Source of the DNA: an uncultured Chloroflexia bacterium | Lineage (GTDB): Bacteria > Chloroflexota > Limnocylindria > Limnocylindrales > CSP1-4 | Assembly: GCA_963833535.1 (NCBI GenBank) | Contig: CAWHYC010000007.1 | Coordinates: forward strand, 9,972 to 73,971 | DNA length: 64,000 nucleotides | Reading direction: 5' to 3' | The notes under the pieces: model-generated | Databases searched by the model: none | What the model was told of the DNA's origin: nothing | The model's input: the letters and a program-made list of their open reading frames with translations, nothing else | Program-made: the position numbers and the translations under genes | Shown: positions 29,277 through 38,553 of the stretch, piece after piece | Layout: each line of letters begins with the position of its first letter | Position numbering within the stretch: the stretch's first letter is position 1

Positions 29277-30517
29277 CGACACCCGACATCGAGCTGATCC
29301 TGGATCGCTGGCTCGGCGAGGGGACCGACGTCCTGCCCGACCGCTCGGTCGAGGCCGTCCTCCGCACCGTCGAACGCACATCACAACGGCGCGCCCTCCG
29401 TGCGCCGTGGAGGACCCCGACCATGATTGGCAACTCCCGACTCGCCGTGCTGGCGGGTGCGGCAGTCATCGTCGTGCTCGTTGTCGGTGGCATGCTCTGG
29501 GTCCGCGGGTCGAGCGCGCCGTTGATCGGCGGCCCCACGCCTTCGGCCACGGCGCCCGGTCCGACCTCGGTTCCGAGCCCATCGGCGCAGCCATCAGCTG
29601 TCGTGGGCCTGACGCCGGACGTCCTCGTCGGGCTTTGGGTCGACGCGCCTCGCTATGAGCTCATCCTTGGGCCGAGCGACGCCAGGGCGGAACGATCGGA
29701 CGGCACGCCGCTGCAGACCGTGCTCGGAAACATCGATGCCGTCCAAGCGGACGTTATCGAGTTCGGGCCGAGCTCGACGTGTGATGGACCGGGCTCATAC
29801 CGCTGGACGATCGGCGTGAGCGCCGACCCCGGAAACCTCCCTGGGTCCCGGCCAGGGCTTTACCTACGACCGGTCGAGGACTCCTGCGTCGCTCGCCGGT
29901 CATTTCTCGAGGGATCATGGGAGGCCCGGCCCTTCTGGCTGGCCGTCGGCAGGCACTCGGTCAGGGTGGATGGCGTTCGGTTCTCGTTCGACATGCCCCT
30001 GCATGATCCGGATTCCGGCTGGGCCCAGTTCGGCAATATCTCCATCAGCAGATCCATCATTGGCCCCCAGGACGCCGAGGGCATCGTCTACTGGACGAGT
30101 GTATCCGAGCGTGGCCTCGCCGATCCATGCGCCGACGTGCTGAACTTGCCAGTCAGTGCCACGGCGGCCGACCTTGCGGCTGCCGTCGCGGTCGCGCCCG
30201 GGACCGAGCTCGTCTCTGGCCCTGCGGACGTCATCCTGGGTGGCCGACCCGCCAAGCACGTGGTGGTCACCGTCAGCCAGGACCTCGGGTGCGATCCGGG
30301 CTACTTCTACTCGTGGCACGAGGCCGGGGGCGGTCCCTTCTGGGACGGGACGACGGCGGGCGACACGATCAGCGTCTGGATCGCCGATGTCGACGGGAAG
30401 CGCCTCTTCATCGCAGCCGCGACGCACGTCGACTCCGGCGTCCCATCGCACGCGCTCGTCGGTCCGAAGTTCAAGCAGGAGGTCGAGGACATCGTCGACT
30501 CGATCCAGTTCGAGTAG
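29273..30517 (+). CDS. single-pass membrane partner of sigma-4, enlarged outer region ending in an ADPC...DSIQFE-type domain
   Basis: ATGA overlap. N-terminus is ELILDRWLGEGTDVLPDRSV...TSQRRALRAPWRTPTMIGN, then a TM helix. Confidence 0.7.
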   Translation: MTTPDIELILDRWLGEGTDVLPDRSVEAVLRTVERTSQRRALRAPWRTPTMIGNSRLAVLAGAAVIVVLVVGGMLWVRGSSAPLIGGPTPSATAPGPTSVPSPSAQPSAVVGLTPDVLVGLWVDAPRYELILGPSDARAERSDGTPLQTVLGNIDAVQADVIEFGPSSTCDGPGSYRWTIGVSADPGNLPGSRPGLYLRPVEDSCVARRSFLEGSWEARPFWLAVGRHSVRVDGVRFSFDMPLHDPDSGWAQFGNISISRSIIGPQDAEGIVYWTSVSERGLADPCADVLNLPVSATAADLAAAVAVAPGTELVSGPADVILGGRPAKHVVVTVSQDLGCDPGYFYSWHEAGGGPFWDGTTAGDTISVWIADVDGKRLFIAAATHVDSGVPSHALVGPKFKQEVEDIVDSIQFE

Positions 30518-30541
30518 TCGGAGCCGATCGCCTCGCGAACG

Positions 30542-31765
30542 TCAGTCCGGGAACGCCTCCGGCCCGCGCTCGGCGAGTTGCTGGGCCTCGCCGGAGGCGT
30601 CCTCCGCAGGCAGCCACGTGTACGGGTAGCCTGCGTCGTCGAGCTCCATCGCCTGGCGGGTGATGTTGAGCGGGTGGAAGGTGTCGACCATGACCGCCAG
30701 CTCGGCGGTGGCCTCCTTGCCGATCGAGGCCTCGACCGTGCCCGGATGAGGCCCATGTGGGATGCCCGCTGGGTGCACGGTGAACGAGCTGATCTCGACC
30801 CCGCGCCGGCTCATGAAGTTGCCGGCCACGTAGTAGATGACCTCGTCGCTGTTGATGTTCGAATGGTTGTAGGGCGCCGGGATGGCGAGGGGGTGGTAGT
30901 CGAACTTGCGGGGCACGAAGGAGCAGACAACGAAGTTGCGCGCCTGGAATGTCTGGTGGACAGGCGGCGGCTGGTGGACGCGCCCGGTGATGGGCTGGAA
31001 GTCGGCGATGTTGAAGATCCAGGGATAGAGGTAGCCGTCCCAGCCGACCAGGTCGAAGGGATGGTGGCGGTAGTGGTAGGCCGTGATTCGGCCGCGTTGC
31101 TTGACCTCGATCACGAAGTCGCCGGTCTCCGAGTGCGGCGCCGCCTCGTCGGGCACGCGGATGTCGCGCTGGTAGTAGGGCGCGTGCTCGAGGAGCTGCC
31201 CGTAGTCGTTGCGGTAGCGCTTCGGTGGCTCCAGCTCAGACGGGCACTCCAGCCACAGCATGCGTTGCGCCGATCCCGCGTCCGGATCGAGGCGCCAGGT
31301 CGTGCCGATGGGGATGACGATGTAGTCGCCCGGGCCATAGCGCATCGGCCCGAAGACCGAGTCGAACAGCCCCTCGCCCTCGTGAACGTAGAGCAGCTCG
31401 TCGGCCTCGCCGTTGCGATAGAAGCGATCCGCCGGCATCGCTCGCGCCGGCCGGACGACGCCCATCACCACGTCGCTGTTGAAGTAGAGCGGGACCCGAC
31501 CATCGACCACGTCGCCCGCCTCGGACACGTCGCCGGTCTTGGTCAGCCGATGGCGATGAAGGCCATCGTCGGCGGCCTCGATGACCACGTCGCGAACGGC
31601 CTCGACGAGGTGGGTCTGGGTCGGCGGCACCAGGTGGTAGAGGAGGGAGTTGCGCCCGACGAAGCCCTCGACCCCGAAGAGCTCCTCGGCGTACAGCGCG
31701 CCGTCCGACCCGCGATGCTGGGTGTGGCGCTGCGGCGGCACGCTGCCCCGGCGGACGTAGTACAC
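30542..31765 (-). CDS. hmgA: homogentisate 1,2-dioxygenase
   Basis: 407-aa ORF, MYYVRRGSVPPQRHTQHR...LYAEELFG...GF.G..SLLYH, with cupin-like core motifs. Confidence 0.85.
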   Translation of the reverse strand: MYYVRRGSVPPQRHTQHRGSDGALYAEELFGVEGFVGRNSLLYHLVPPTQTHLVEAVRDVVIEAADDGLHRHRLTKTGDVSEAGDVVDGRVPLYFNSDVVMGVVRPARAMPADRFYRNGEADELLYVHEGEGLFDSVFGPMRYGPGDYIVIPIGTTWRLDPDAGSAQRMLWLECPSELEPPKRYRNDYGQLLEHAPYYQRDIRVPDEAAPHSETGDFVIEVKQRGRITAYHYRHHPFDLVGWDGYLYPWIFNIADFQPITGRVHQPPPVHQTFQARNFVVCSFVPRKFDYHPLAIPAPYNHSNINSDEVIYYVAGNFMSRRGVEISSFTVHPAGIPHGPHPGTVEASIGKEATAELAVMVDTFHPLNITRQAMELDDAGYPYTWLPAEDASGEAQQLAERGPEAFPD

Positions 31766-31796
31766 GGCGGCCCCTAGCTAGCTGAGGGCCCCGATT

Positions 31797-33299
31797 CTAG
31801 GGGACGGGTTGAGTAGCTGTGACGATCGGCCGCCAGTCCGCGCTCTCGGCCCCGGGCGCGAGCTGCATGAGGTTCGTCCCGTCGAGGTCCACGCTCCAGA
31901 TCTCGCCCGATGGAAAGGGCCCGTCGGGTGACGCACGGACGCGCTCGCTCGGAGGTTCATGGCGGAACATGATTCGGCTGCCGTCGATGCTCCAGCGGAT
32001 CGGCGTGTCCATGCCTGGCAGATGCGTGAGCTGGCTGATCCCGCCGTCCGGGACGCTGAGGATGGCGAGCTCGAGGCCGTCCGTGGACGCGTTCTGATCG
32101 TTCGCGCTCGCGCCGGTGGGCTGAGTGACGAGGATGTGAGTGCGATCCGGGGACCAGACCGCGCGTGACCCGTTGCCGGTATCACCGATGTCGCCCAGGT
32201 ACGTCTCGTCCGACCCGTCCGGAGCGACCGACCGCAGACCGATCGCAGCGAGGCACAAGGCGTCGGGTATGCACCGCGACACGAACAGGACGCGATCGCC
32301 CGCCGGCGACCATGTCACAAGGGTCTCCGCGGAGCCGGGCGAGTCGGTGACCTGCGCTGCTCTACCGCTGCCGACGTCGAGGGTCCACAGGTCGAACCGG
32401 ACGCCGGGGTCACCAGCCGAGGCAGGCTCGCCGTTCCGCCCGACAGGACACACGCACCCGGAGATCGCCAGCGTCCGTCCGTCCGGCGCCCACGCGATGT
32501 TGCCCACGGCAGGACGCGCTACAGGGCCAGCGCCCGGGCCGGACAGCTGGAAGCCGGCCGGGAGCTTGAACGTCCGGATCCGGTCGCCTCCGAGCCCATA
32601 GACTGAGACCACGAGCTGGTCCTCGATGGATTCCATCACGGCGATCCGATCCGAGGTCGGCGCCCAGAGGGGCTCGCCCACGAACGGTCCCGGCCCGATC
32701 CGCGACTCGAACCTGGAGTCCGGGTCGACGATCGTGATCGCCATGCTCCCGTCGGCGAAGCTGTATTGCCAGGCGAGATGTTGACCGTCGGCTGACCAAC
32801 GAACCGTGCCGGCGGATCGGGTCGGTGGAGTTTCCACGACCCGAGCGTTCGTCCCATCGGGATCCGCGAAGAAGATCGTCCCGTCGATGCCGTATGCCAG
32901 CGTGCCGAGCCCCGCTTGCCTGGGGCCAGCAAGGCTGGCGGGGTTCGATGGGCTCGGACTCGCTGTGGAGGCCTTGTCGGTCGTCTCGGGCGACGGCAGA
33001 GTCGCCGGTCGCTCCACGAGCGGCCGCGTCGGCATTGTCCGTGGCCGGCTACCGACGGCGACTGCGACAGCCGCGATCGTGATCGCCAGCATCGCCATCG
33101 TCAGCACCCACAACACGCGGCGATCGACCGCCAACGACGGCCACGCTCGTGCGAGGCCGACCTTGGCGCGGCGGCCACCGGAAGTCGCCCGCTCCGCGAT
33201 GGAGGCGGCGTCGAAGGGCCGTACGGCGACCTCCCCGAAGTCTCGCAGCTGTGCCACGAGATCCAGCTCGAAGGGGTCGCTCGTGTAGCGCTCAGTCAT
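31797..33299 (-). CDS. single-pass membrane partner of sigma-5 with TolB-like (PD40) beta-propeller
   Basis: 8-nt overlap with the sigma-5 stop. One TM helix (VLWVLTMAMLAITIAAVAVAV). Repeated WSADGQHLAW / WAPDGRTLAISG / WSPAGDRVLFVS / WSPDRTHILV / WSIDGSRIMF. The N-terminus does not carry the motif of the other six partners. Confidence 0.7.
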   Translation of the reverse strand: MTERYTSDPFELDLVAQLRDFGEVAVRPFDAASIAERATSGGRRAKVGLARAWPSLAVDRRVLWVLTMAMLAITIAAVAVAVGSRPRTMPTRPLVERPATLPSPETTDKASTASPSPSNPASLAGPRQAGLGTLAYGIDGTIFFADPDGTNARVVETPPTRSAGTVRWSADGQHLAWQYSFADGSMAITIVDPDSRFESRIGPGPFVGEPLWAPTSDRIAVMESIEDQLVVSVYGLGGDRIRTFKLPAGFQLSGPGAGPVARPAVGNIAWAPDGRTLAISGCVCPVGRNGEPASAGDPGVRFDLWTLDVGSGRAAQVTDSPGSAETLVTWSPAGDRVLFVSRCIPDALCLAAIGLRSVAPDGSDETYLGDIGDTGNGSRAVWSPDRTHILVTQPTGASANDQNASTDGLELAILSVPDGGISQLTHLPGMDTPIRWSIDGSRIMFRHEPPSERVRASPDGPFPSGEIWSVDLDGTNLMQLAPGAESADWRPIVTATQPVP

Positions 33300-33837
33300 G
33301 ATCGAGCTCCCTTCGAAGACGCATGATCGCGCGGGCGAGGCGGCTGCGGACGGCGGTCGCGCTCATGCCCACTTCGCGACCGATCTCCGCCGATTCCATG
33401 CCGGCGATATAGCGGAGGGCCAGGAGCGTGCGGTCCTTGGGGTCGATCCGACGGAGGGCCACGCCGAGGTCGACCCGGGTCGCCAGCTCGTCGTCAAAGG
33501 TCGGCATGCCGGCGTCGCCGATGGCGATCTCACGGACCTGGCGCCGTCCACGTCGGCGGACCAGCTGGCGGGCCTCGTTCGCAGCCACCGACATCAGCCA
33601 GGGTCGCAACCGCTCCGGGTCGCGCAGGCTGCCCAGGCGGCGCCATGCGATGGTCCACGCTGCCTGGGCCGCGTCATTGGCGAGGTCGACATCACCACAG
33701 ACGAGCTGGGCGATGCGCAGGAGATCCGCATGATGGCTGGCCACGATGCGCGTGAACGCGATCTGGTCCCCGGCGACCGCCCGGTCGACCAAGCTAGCGG
33801 TGATCTCGCCGTCGGCTCCGGCCAGGACGCTGGTCAT
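33292..33837 (-). CDS. ECF sigma factor, module 5 (different subfamily)
   Basis: ANDAAQAAWTIAWRRLGSLR...RPWLMSVAANEAR and LRYIAGMESAEIGREVGMSATAVRSRLARA. Confidence 0.9.
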   Translation of the reverse strand: MTSVLAGADGEITASLVDRAVAGDQIAFTRIVASHHADLLRIAQLVCGDVDLANDAAQAAWTIAWRRLGSLRDPERLRPWLMSVAANEARQLVRRRGRRQVREIAIGDAGMPTFDDELATRVDLGVALRRIDPKDRTLLALRYIAGMESAEIGREVGMSATAVRSRLARAIMRLRRELDHD

Positions 33838-33931
33838 GCTCTACAGATGCCCCCCGGTGGGTCGCTGTTGCAGCGACATCATGGAACTTCGCCGACCGAA
33901 CCGTTACGCGTCGGCAGGAGCCGGCCGGTGG

Positions 33932-34336
33932 TCAGCTCGTGGTGAACGTGAGCACGATCGAGCGCGTGTCGTTGTCGACGTTCGTGTCAAGCAAGGCGAT
34001 CGACTGCCACGAGCCGAGACGGAGCCGCCCGTCGCGAACGGGGATCGTGATCGACGGCGGCGCCAGGAGCGGCAGGACATGATCCGCGCCGTGTCCCGCC
34101 GACCCGTGTCGATGGCGCCACCGGTCGTCGCGTGGCAACAGCCGATCGAGCGTCGCCAGCAGGTCCTCGTCGGAGCTAGTGCCGAGCTCCATGATCACGA
34201 CGCCCGCAGTGGAGTGGGGCACGAAGACCGTCAGCAGGCCGTCACCGGCGCCGGCCACGAACCGCTCGCACTCGACGGTGATGTTGAAGACGCCGCGGCG
34301 TGAGCCGGTCTGGACGTTGATCTCTGCAGATCGCAT
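33932..34336 (-). CDS. YjbQ/UPF0047 family protein
   Basis: GLLTVFVPHSTAGVVIMELG...HGADHVLPLL...GRLRLGSWQSIALLD. It is the terminal part of ORF 33932..35581. Confidence 0.85.
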   Translation of the reverse strand: MRSAEINVQTGSRRGVFNITVECERFVAGAGDGLLTVFVPHSTAGVVIMELGTSSDEDLLATLDRLLPRDDRWRHRHGSAGHGADHVLPLLAPPSITIPVRDGRLRLGSWQSIALLDTNVDNDTRSIVLTFTTS

Positions 34337-34338
34337 GG

Positions 34339-35352
34339 TCAGGTGGGCCGAGCCACGATCGGCGTGCGGAGGCTCCCCAGCCGTTCCACCGACAGGACCA
34401 CCTCGTCGCCGGGTTCCAGCCAACGGCCGATCGTCTCGTCCTTGATCTCGAGCAGGCAGCCGGTCCCGACCGTGCCAGTCCCGATCAGTTCTCCGGGGCG
34501 CAGGTGGACGTCGGCCGACGCGCGCGCGAGCATCTCCGCCATCGAGTGGTGGATGTCGGCCCAGGTGCCGCGGCTGGTCTCGACGCCGTTGACCGTCGCC
34601 GCCATGGCCAAGTCGTAGCCGTGGTTCACGCGCGCGTCCGCGAGCTCGTCGGGGGTCACCAGCCAGGGTCCGATCGAGGACGCGAAGTCCTTGCCCTTGG
34701 CGGGTCCCAGCCGGACGGTCGTCTCGTCGCGCTGGAGGTCGCGGGCGGACCAGTCGTTGAAGATCATGTAGCCCCCGACGACCTCGTCCGCTCGGTCGGC
34801 CGACAGGTCGAGCGCCGGCGTGTCGACCAGGGCGCAGACCTCCAGCTCGTAGTCGAGCTCCCGGGACGTTGCCGGGCACCAGACGGGATCGTCGGGGCCG
34901 CGCAGCTCGGAAACGTTGCTGAAGTAGAAGACCGGCAGGCGATACCACGCCTCCGGCACCGGGTTGCCGCGACGCGCCCAGACCGTCGCCACGTGGCGTT
35001 CGAAGCCGTAGAAGTCGCGCAGGCTCGGCGGTCGCAGGATCGGCGGACCGAAGCGCAGATCGGCACCATCGAGGACGGCCGGGTCGTCGGCGTCTCGTGC
35101 CTCGAAGCCTTCGAGCAGCTCGTGCACGACCTCCAGGCGCAGGCCGAGCGCCAGCAGTGCGTCGAGCGTCGTGATCCGCTGTCGGAAGAGCACCGCATTG
35201 TGCTCGAGCCGCGGGTCGGCTTGGATGGCGCGGCGCCTGGCGACCTCGAGGTCGAGCCAGCTCGTGGGCTCGGTGCCGACGCCAAGGGCGGCCGCCAGCC
35301 GCCACGGTGCTCCCGCCGGCGCGTGTCTGGCCCGGACGTGAGCGATGCGCAT
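34339..35352 (-). CDS. fumarylacetoacetate hydrolase family protein (candidate fumarylacetoacetase)
   Basis: LDYELEVCALV, MIFNDWSARDLQ, GPAKGKDFASSIGPWLVT, GELIGTGTV. Confidence 0.8.
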   Translation of the reverse strand: MRIAHVRARHAPAGAPWRLAAALGVGTEPTSWLDLEVARRRAIQADPRLEHNAVLFRQRITTLDALLALGLRLEVVHELLEGFEARDADDPAVLDGADLRFGPPILRPPSLRDFYGFERHVATVWARRGNPVPEAWYRLPVFYFSNVSELRGPDDPVWCPATSRELDYELEVCALVDTPALDLSADRADEVVGGYMIFNDWSARDLQRDETTVRLGPAKGKDFASSIGPWLVTPDELADARVNHGYDLAMAATVNGVETSRGTWADIHHSMAEMLARASADVHLRPGELIGTGTVGTGCLLEIKDETIGRWLEPGDEVVLSVERLGSLRTPIVARPT

Positions 35353-35406
35353 CCGCGGAGTCTAGGACCGCGGCGCCCCGCCGCGCGTGCGGCGCCGGGT
35401 GGTGCG

Positions 35407-36282
35407 ATGATGCCACCCATGGTGCGTCCCCAGCATCGCCTGCTCGAATCGCCGGCCGAGGTGCGGGAGTTCCCGCTCGGCCGCGTCGAGATCTACGAGA
35501 TCGGCGATGCCGTCGTGGGCAGGCAGATCTTCCAACCCGGCTGGCGATGGTCGGAAAGCGTCGGCGTGATCGCCGGGACACGGCTCTGTGAGTATCACCA
35601 CCAGGGCTATGCCTTCCAGGGCCACGCGCATATCGAGCTCGAAGATGGCTCGAGCTTCGATATCGGGCCCAACGAGGCCTACGAGATCCCCCCGGGCCAC
35701 GATGCCTGGGTCACCGGCGACGACGCATGGATCGCCCTCGACTGGGCGGGGATGCGCTCCTTTGCCCGCCCCGTCGCCGGCAGCGGTGAACGCATCCTCT
35801 CGACGATCCTCTTCACCGACATCGTGGATTCGACGGCGACCGCCGCGAGGATCGGCGATTCCGCCTGGCGCGACCTCCTCGCGCAGCACTACGAGCGCGG
35901 CCGTTCTGAGCTGGATCGATACCGCGGCCGCGAGATCGACACGACGGGCGACGGGTTCCTCGCGCTCTTCGACAGCTCTGAACGAGCGGTCCGCGCCGCC
36001 GCCGGTATCTGCATGGCGGCCAAGGCCATCGGCATCCAGACTCGGGCAGGCATCCACACCGGCGAGGTCGAGCTCGTACCAGGCAACGTGCGCGGCGTGG
36101 CCGTCCACATGGCGGCGCGGATCATGGCCCTGGCCGGCCCCAGCGAGGTGCTCGTCTCGGGCACCACCCATGACCTGCTGGTGGGTTCGGAGCTGGTCTT
36201 CGAGGACCGTGGCCTCCACGAGCTCAAGGGCATCACCGGCGCGCGGCAGGTCTACGCGCTGGCTCGACCGCCCGACGACTGA
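35407..36282 (+). CDS. cupin domain fused to a class III adenylate/guanylate cyclase domain
   Basis: Cupin part: CEYHHQGYAFQGHAHIELEDG. Cyclase part: ILFTDIVDSTATAARIGD...IDTTGDGFLALF...AGIHTGEVE...GVAVHMAARI. Confidence 0.8.
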   Translation: MMPPMVRPQHRLLESPAEVREFPLGRVEIYEIGDAVVGRQIFQPGWRWSESVGVIAGTRLCEYHHQGYAFQGHAHIELEDGSSFDIGPNEAYEIPPGHDAWVTGDDAWIALDWAGMRSFARPVAGSGERILSTILFTDIVDSTATAARIGDSAWRDLLAQHYERGRSELDRYRGREIDTTGDGFLALFDSSERAVRAAAGICMAAKAIGIQTRAGIHTGEVELVPGNVRGVAVHMAARIMALAGPSEVLVSGTTHDLLVGSELVFEDRGLHELKGITGARQVYALARPPDD

Positions 36283-36303
36283 TCTCGATCAGGCTGTCAG
36301 CGA

Positions 36304-36813
36304 TCAGAACGGCTTGAACTCCATCAACCACGTGATGAGGATGATGCCGCCGATGCCGATGGCGGCCCCGATGGCGGGCCGCCGGTTCTGCAACAGGCGC
36401 TCCAGCTCGGCGTCGTCGACGGGCTCCGGGACCACGCCCGCCTTGCGGTCCTGCTGGTTGGGGATGCCCAGCCCGTGGCGCAGCTCGTTCATGGGGATGG
36501 CCACGAACGGCGTCATGACCCCGATGATGACGACCAGGAGCCCGATCGAGACCCACAACCACCAGTGACCGTTGAACCACCAGGCGCCGGCGGTCCCGGC
36601 CAGGATGCCGCTCAGGATGAGGACGAGGCCGGCCACGGAGAAGACCGTGAACATCGATGCCGAGAGCTCGAGCAGGCCGGTCATCTTCACCTGGTCGCGC
36701 TCGGTCCTCAGGCGCCACCAGACGCCCATCGAGACGCCGTGCGCAGCGAAGAAGGCGAACGCCGCCAGCACATGTGTCAGGACCAGCCAGGGCAGGACGG
36801 TCGACCAGCTCAC
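36304..36813 (-). CDS. integral membrane protein, function unknown
   Basis: 169-aa ORF with 4 predicted TM helices and G/C-rich third positions. Confidence 0.55.
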   Translation of the reverse strand: MSWSTVLPWLVLTHVLAAFAFFAAHGVSMGVWWRLRTERDQVKMTGLLELSASMFTVFSVAGLVLILSGILAGTAGAWWFNGHWWLWVSIGLLVVIIGVMTPFVAIPMNELRHGLGIPNQQDRKAGVVPEPVDDAELERLLQNRRPAIGAAIGIGGIILITWLMEFKPF

Positions 36814-37211
36814 GATGCGGCGCCCGCTTCGGCGGGCTCGGCGCCCGCCCGAAGGAGTCGGCGGGCCTCGATGGCCAGGTAGATGCCGATCACCAGCATC
36901 AGCACGCCGTTGACCGGGTGCAGCGCGGCGACGGCCGGATAGCTCTCGCGCTGGAGGACGAAGACCGACTGCAGGATGCCTTGCACGAAGAGCAGGGCGC
37001 TGAGCAGGATGTCACGCCGCCCGATCCGCCCGATGAGCCCGAAGATGACCATGAGGATGGGGACCGTGGACACCCAATAGCCGAACTCACGGTGGTTGTC
37101 GAAGCTGCCGGCGAAGACGCCCATGCCGGCGAGGTAGATCTGGACGAACGCACCCGCGACGAACGTCCACGACACCACCAGGAACAAACGTCGACCCCAC
37201 AGTCGAGCCAT
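36810..37211 (-). CDS. integral membrane protein, function unknown
   Basis: MARLWGRRLFLVVSWTFVAGAFVQIYLAGMGVF..., 4 TM helices. Its stop overlaps the start of the downstream gene by 4 nt. Confidence 0.5.
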   Translation of the reverse strand: MARLWGRRLFLVVSWTFVAGAFVQIYLAGMGVFAGSFDNHREFGYWVSTVPILMVIFGLIGRIGRRDILLSALLFVQGILQSVFVLQRESYPAVAALHPVNGVLMLVIGIYLAIEARRLLRAGAEPAEAGAAS

Positions 37212-37239
37212 GACATGTACCCTCCCTTGCCCTGGTCGA

Positions 37240-38409
37240 TCAGAGGTTGCCGCGCTTCTCCTGCTCTCGCTCGATGGCCTCGAAGAGGGCCTTGAAGTTG
37301 CCGACCCCGAAGCCCCGCGAGCCGTGCCGCTCGATGATCTCGAAGAAGAACGTCGGCCGATCCTGGACGGGCCGAGTGAAGATCTGGAGGAGGTAACCCT
37401 CCTCGTCGCGATCGGCTTCGATGCCCAGCTCCTCCAGCGTCTCGATGGGGACGCCGACGTCGCCGACGCGATCGGCGAGCGTCGCGTAATACTCGTGCGG
37501 GAGGCCCAGGAACTGGACGCCGTTCTCGCGCAGCTGGCGCACGGTAGCCACGATGTCGTCGCTGCGCAGGGCGATGTGCTGCGTGCCGGCATCGAGGTAG
37601 TAGTCCAGGAACTCCTGGATCTGGCTCTTCTTCTTGCCCGCCGCAGGTTCGTTGATGGGGAACTTGATGCGCCCGTTGCCGTTGGTCATGACCTTCGACA
37701 TCAAGGCGCTGTACTCGGTGTGGATGACCTTGTCGTCGTAGTGGATGAGCTGCGCGAAGCCGAGGACGTCACGGTAGAAGTCGACATAGCGGTTCATGTC
37801 GCCGAGCTCGACGTTGCCGACGCAGTGGTCGATCTCGAGGAGCGAGAGACCCGTCGCCGCCCGCGCCGGCTTCTTGATCTGGCGAAAGCCCGGAGCGAAC
37901 GGGCCGTGGTAGTCGCTCCGGTCGATGAACGAGTGGATGACCTCGCCGTAGGTGTGGATGGCGCTGCGACGGAAGGTGCCGTCCTCGTCCGAGCCGGCCT
38001 CGGCGTACTCCAGGTAGGAGCGCGCGCCACGGCTCGTCGTCTCGCGCCACGCCGATCGGACGTCGTCGACGGCGAAGGCGATGTCATGGACGCCATCGCC
38101 GTGACGATGGACGTGTTCCGCGATCTCGCCGTCCGGTGAGAGGGCACCGGTGAGGACGAGCGTGATGTCGTTCTGGCGCATGACGTACATCGTCCGGTCG
38201 CGGACGCCCGTCTCCAGGCCGGCATAGGCGATCGGCGTGAAGCCCCACAGGGCTCGGAAGTAGTGGGCCGCCTGGCGAGCGTTGCCGACCCAGAACTCGA
38301 CGTGGTCGATGCCGTTGAGCGGCAGGAAGTCCTGTGCCTTGGAGTAGGCGTCGGTGTCGATGTGGGCGCCGGCCTGGTTGGTGGCCCTGCGCGAGATGGT
38401 CTCGGTCAT
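37240..38409 (-). CDS. hppD: 4-hydroxyphenylpyruvate dioxygenase
   Basis: GIDHVEFWVGNARQAAHYF...IDHCVGNVELG...INEPA...SQIQEFL...GTQHIALRSDDI...FFEIIERHG..GFGVGNFKALFEAIE. ATG 38409 follows GAGGAG. The ORF is listed from 38442. Confidence 0.9.
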   Translation of the reverse strand: MTETISRRATNQAGAHIDTDAYSKAQDFLPLNGIDHVEFWVGNARQAAHYFRALWGFTPIAYAGLETGVRDRTMYVMRQNDITLVLTGALSPDGEIAEHVHRHGDGVHDIAFAVDDVRSAWRETTSRGARSYLEYAEAGSDEDGTFRRSAIHTYGEVIHSFIDRSDYHGPFAPGFRQIKKPARAATGLSLLEIDHCVGNVELGDMNRYVDFYRDVLGFAQLIHYDDKVIHTEYSALMSKVMTNGNGRIKFPINEPAAGKKKSQIQEFLDYYLDAGTQHIALRSDDIVATVRQLRENGVQFLGLPHEYYATLADRVGDVGVPIETLEELGIEADRDEEGYLLQIFTRPVQDRPTFFFEIIERHGSRGFGVGNFKALFEAIEREQEKRGNL

Positions 38410-38483
38410 GGGCTCGACTCCTCGTCCCTCGTTCCGCGCCATGCGCGCTCGTGGCCCTCATCGTACGACGCCAGCGGGCTAGA

Positions 38484-38517
38484 TTGAACGCGGATGGCGC
38501 GCGTCGCCCCATAGGGG
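38484..38517 (+). promoter_or_regulatory. shared ECF-family upstream motif, copy 5
   Basis: TTGAACG-N20-CATAGGGG, then a conserved leader GGACGGCGCCCCCGCTGGGCGCC. Confidence 0.45.
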
Positions 38518-38553
38518 TCGGACGGCGCCCCCGCTGGGCGCCGCTGAGGGACG

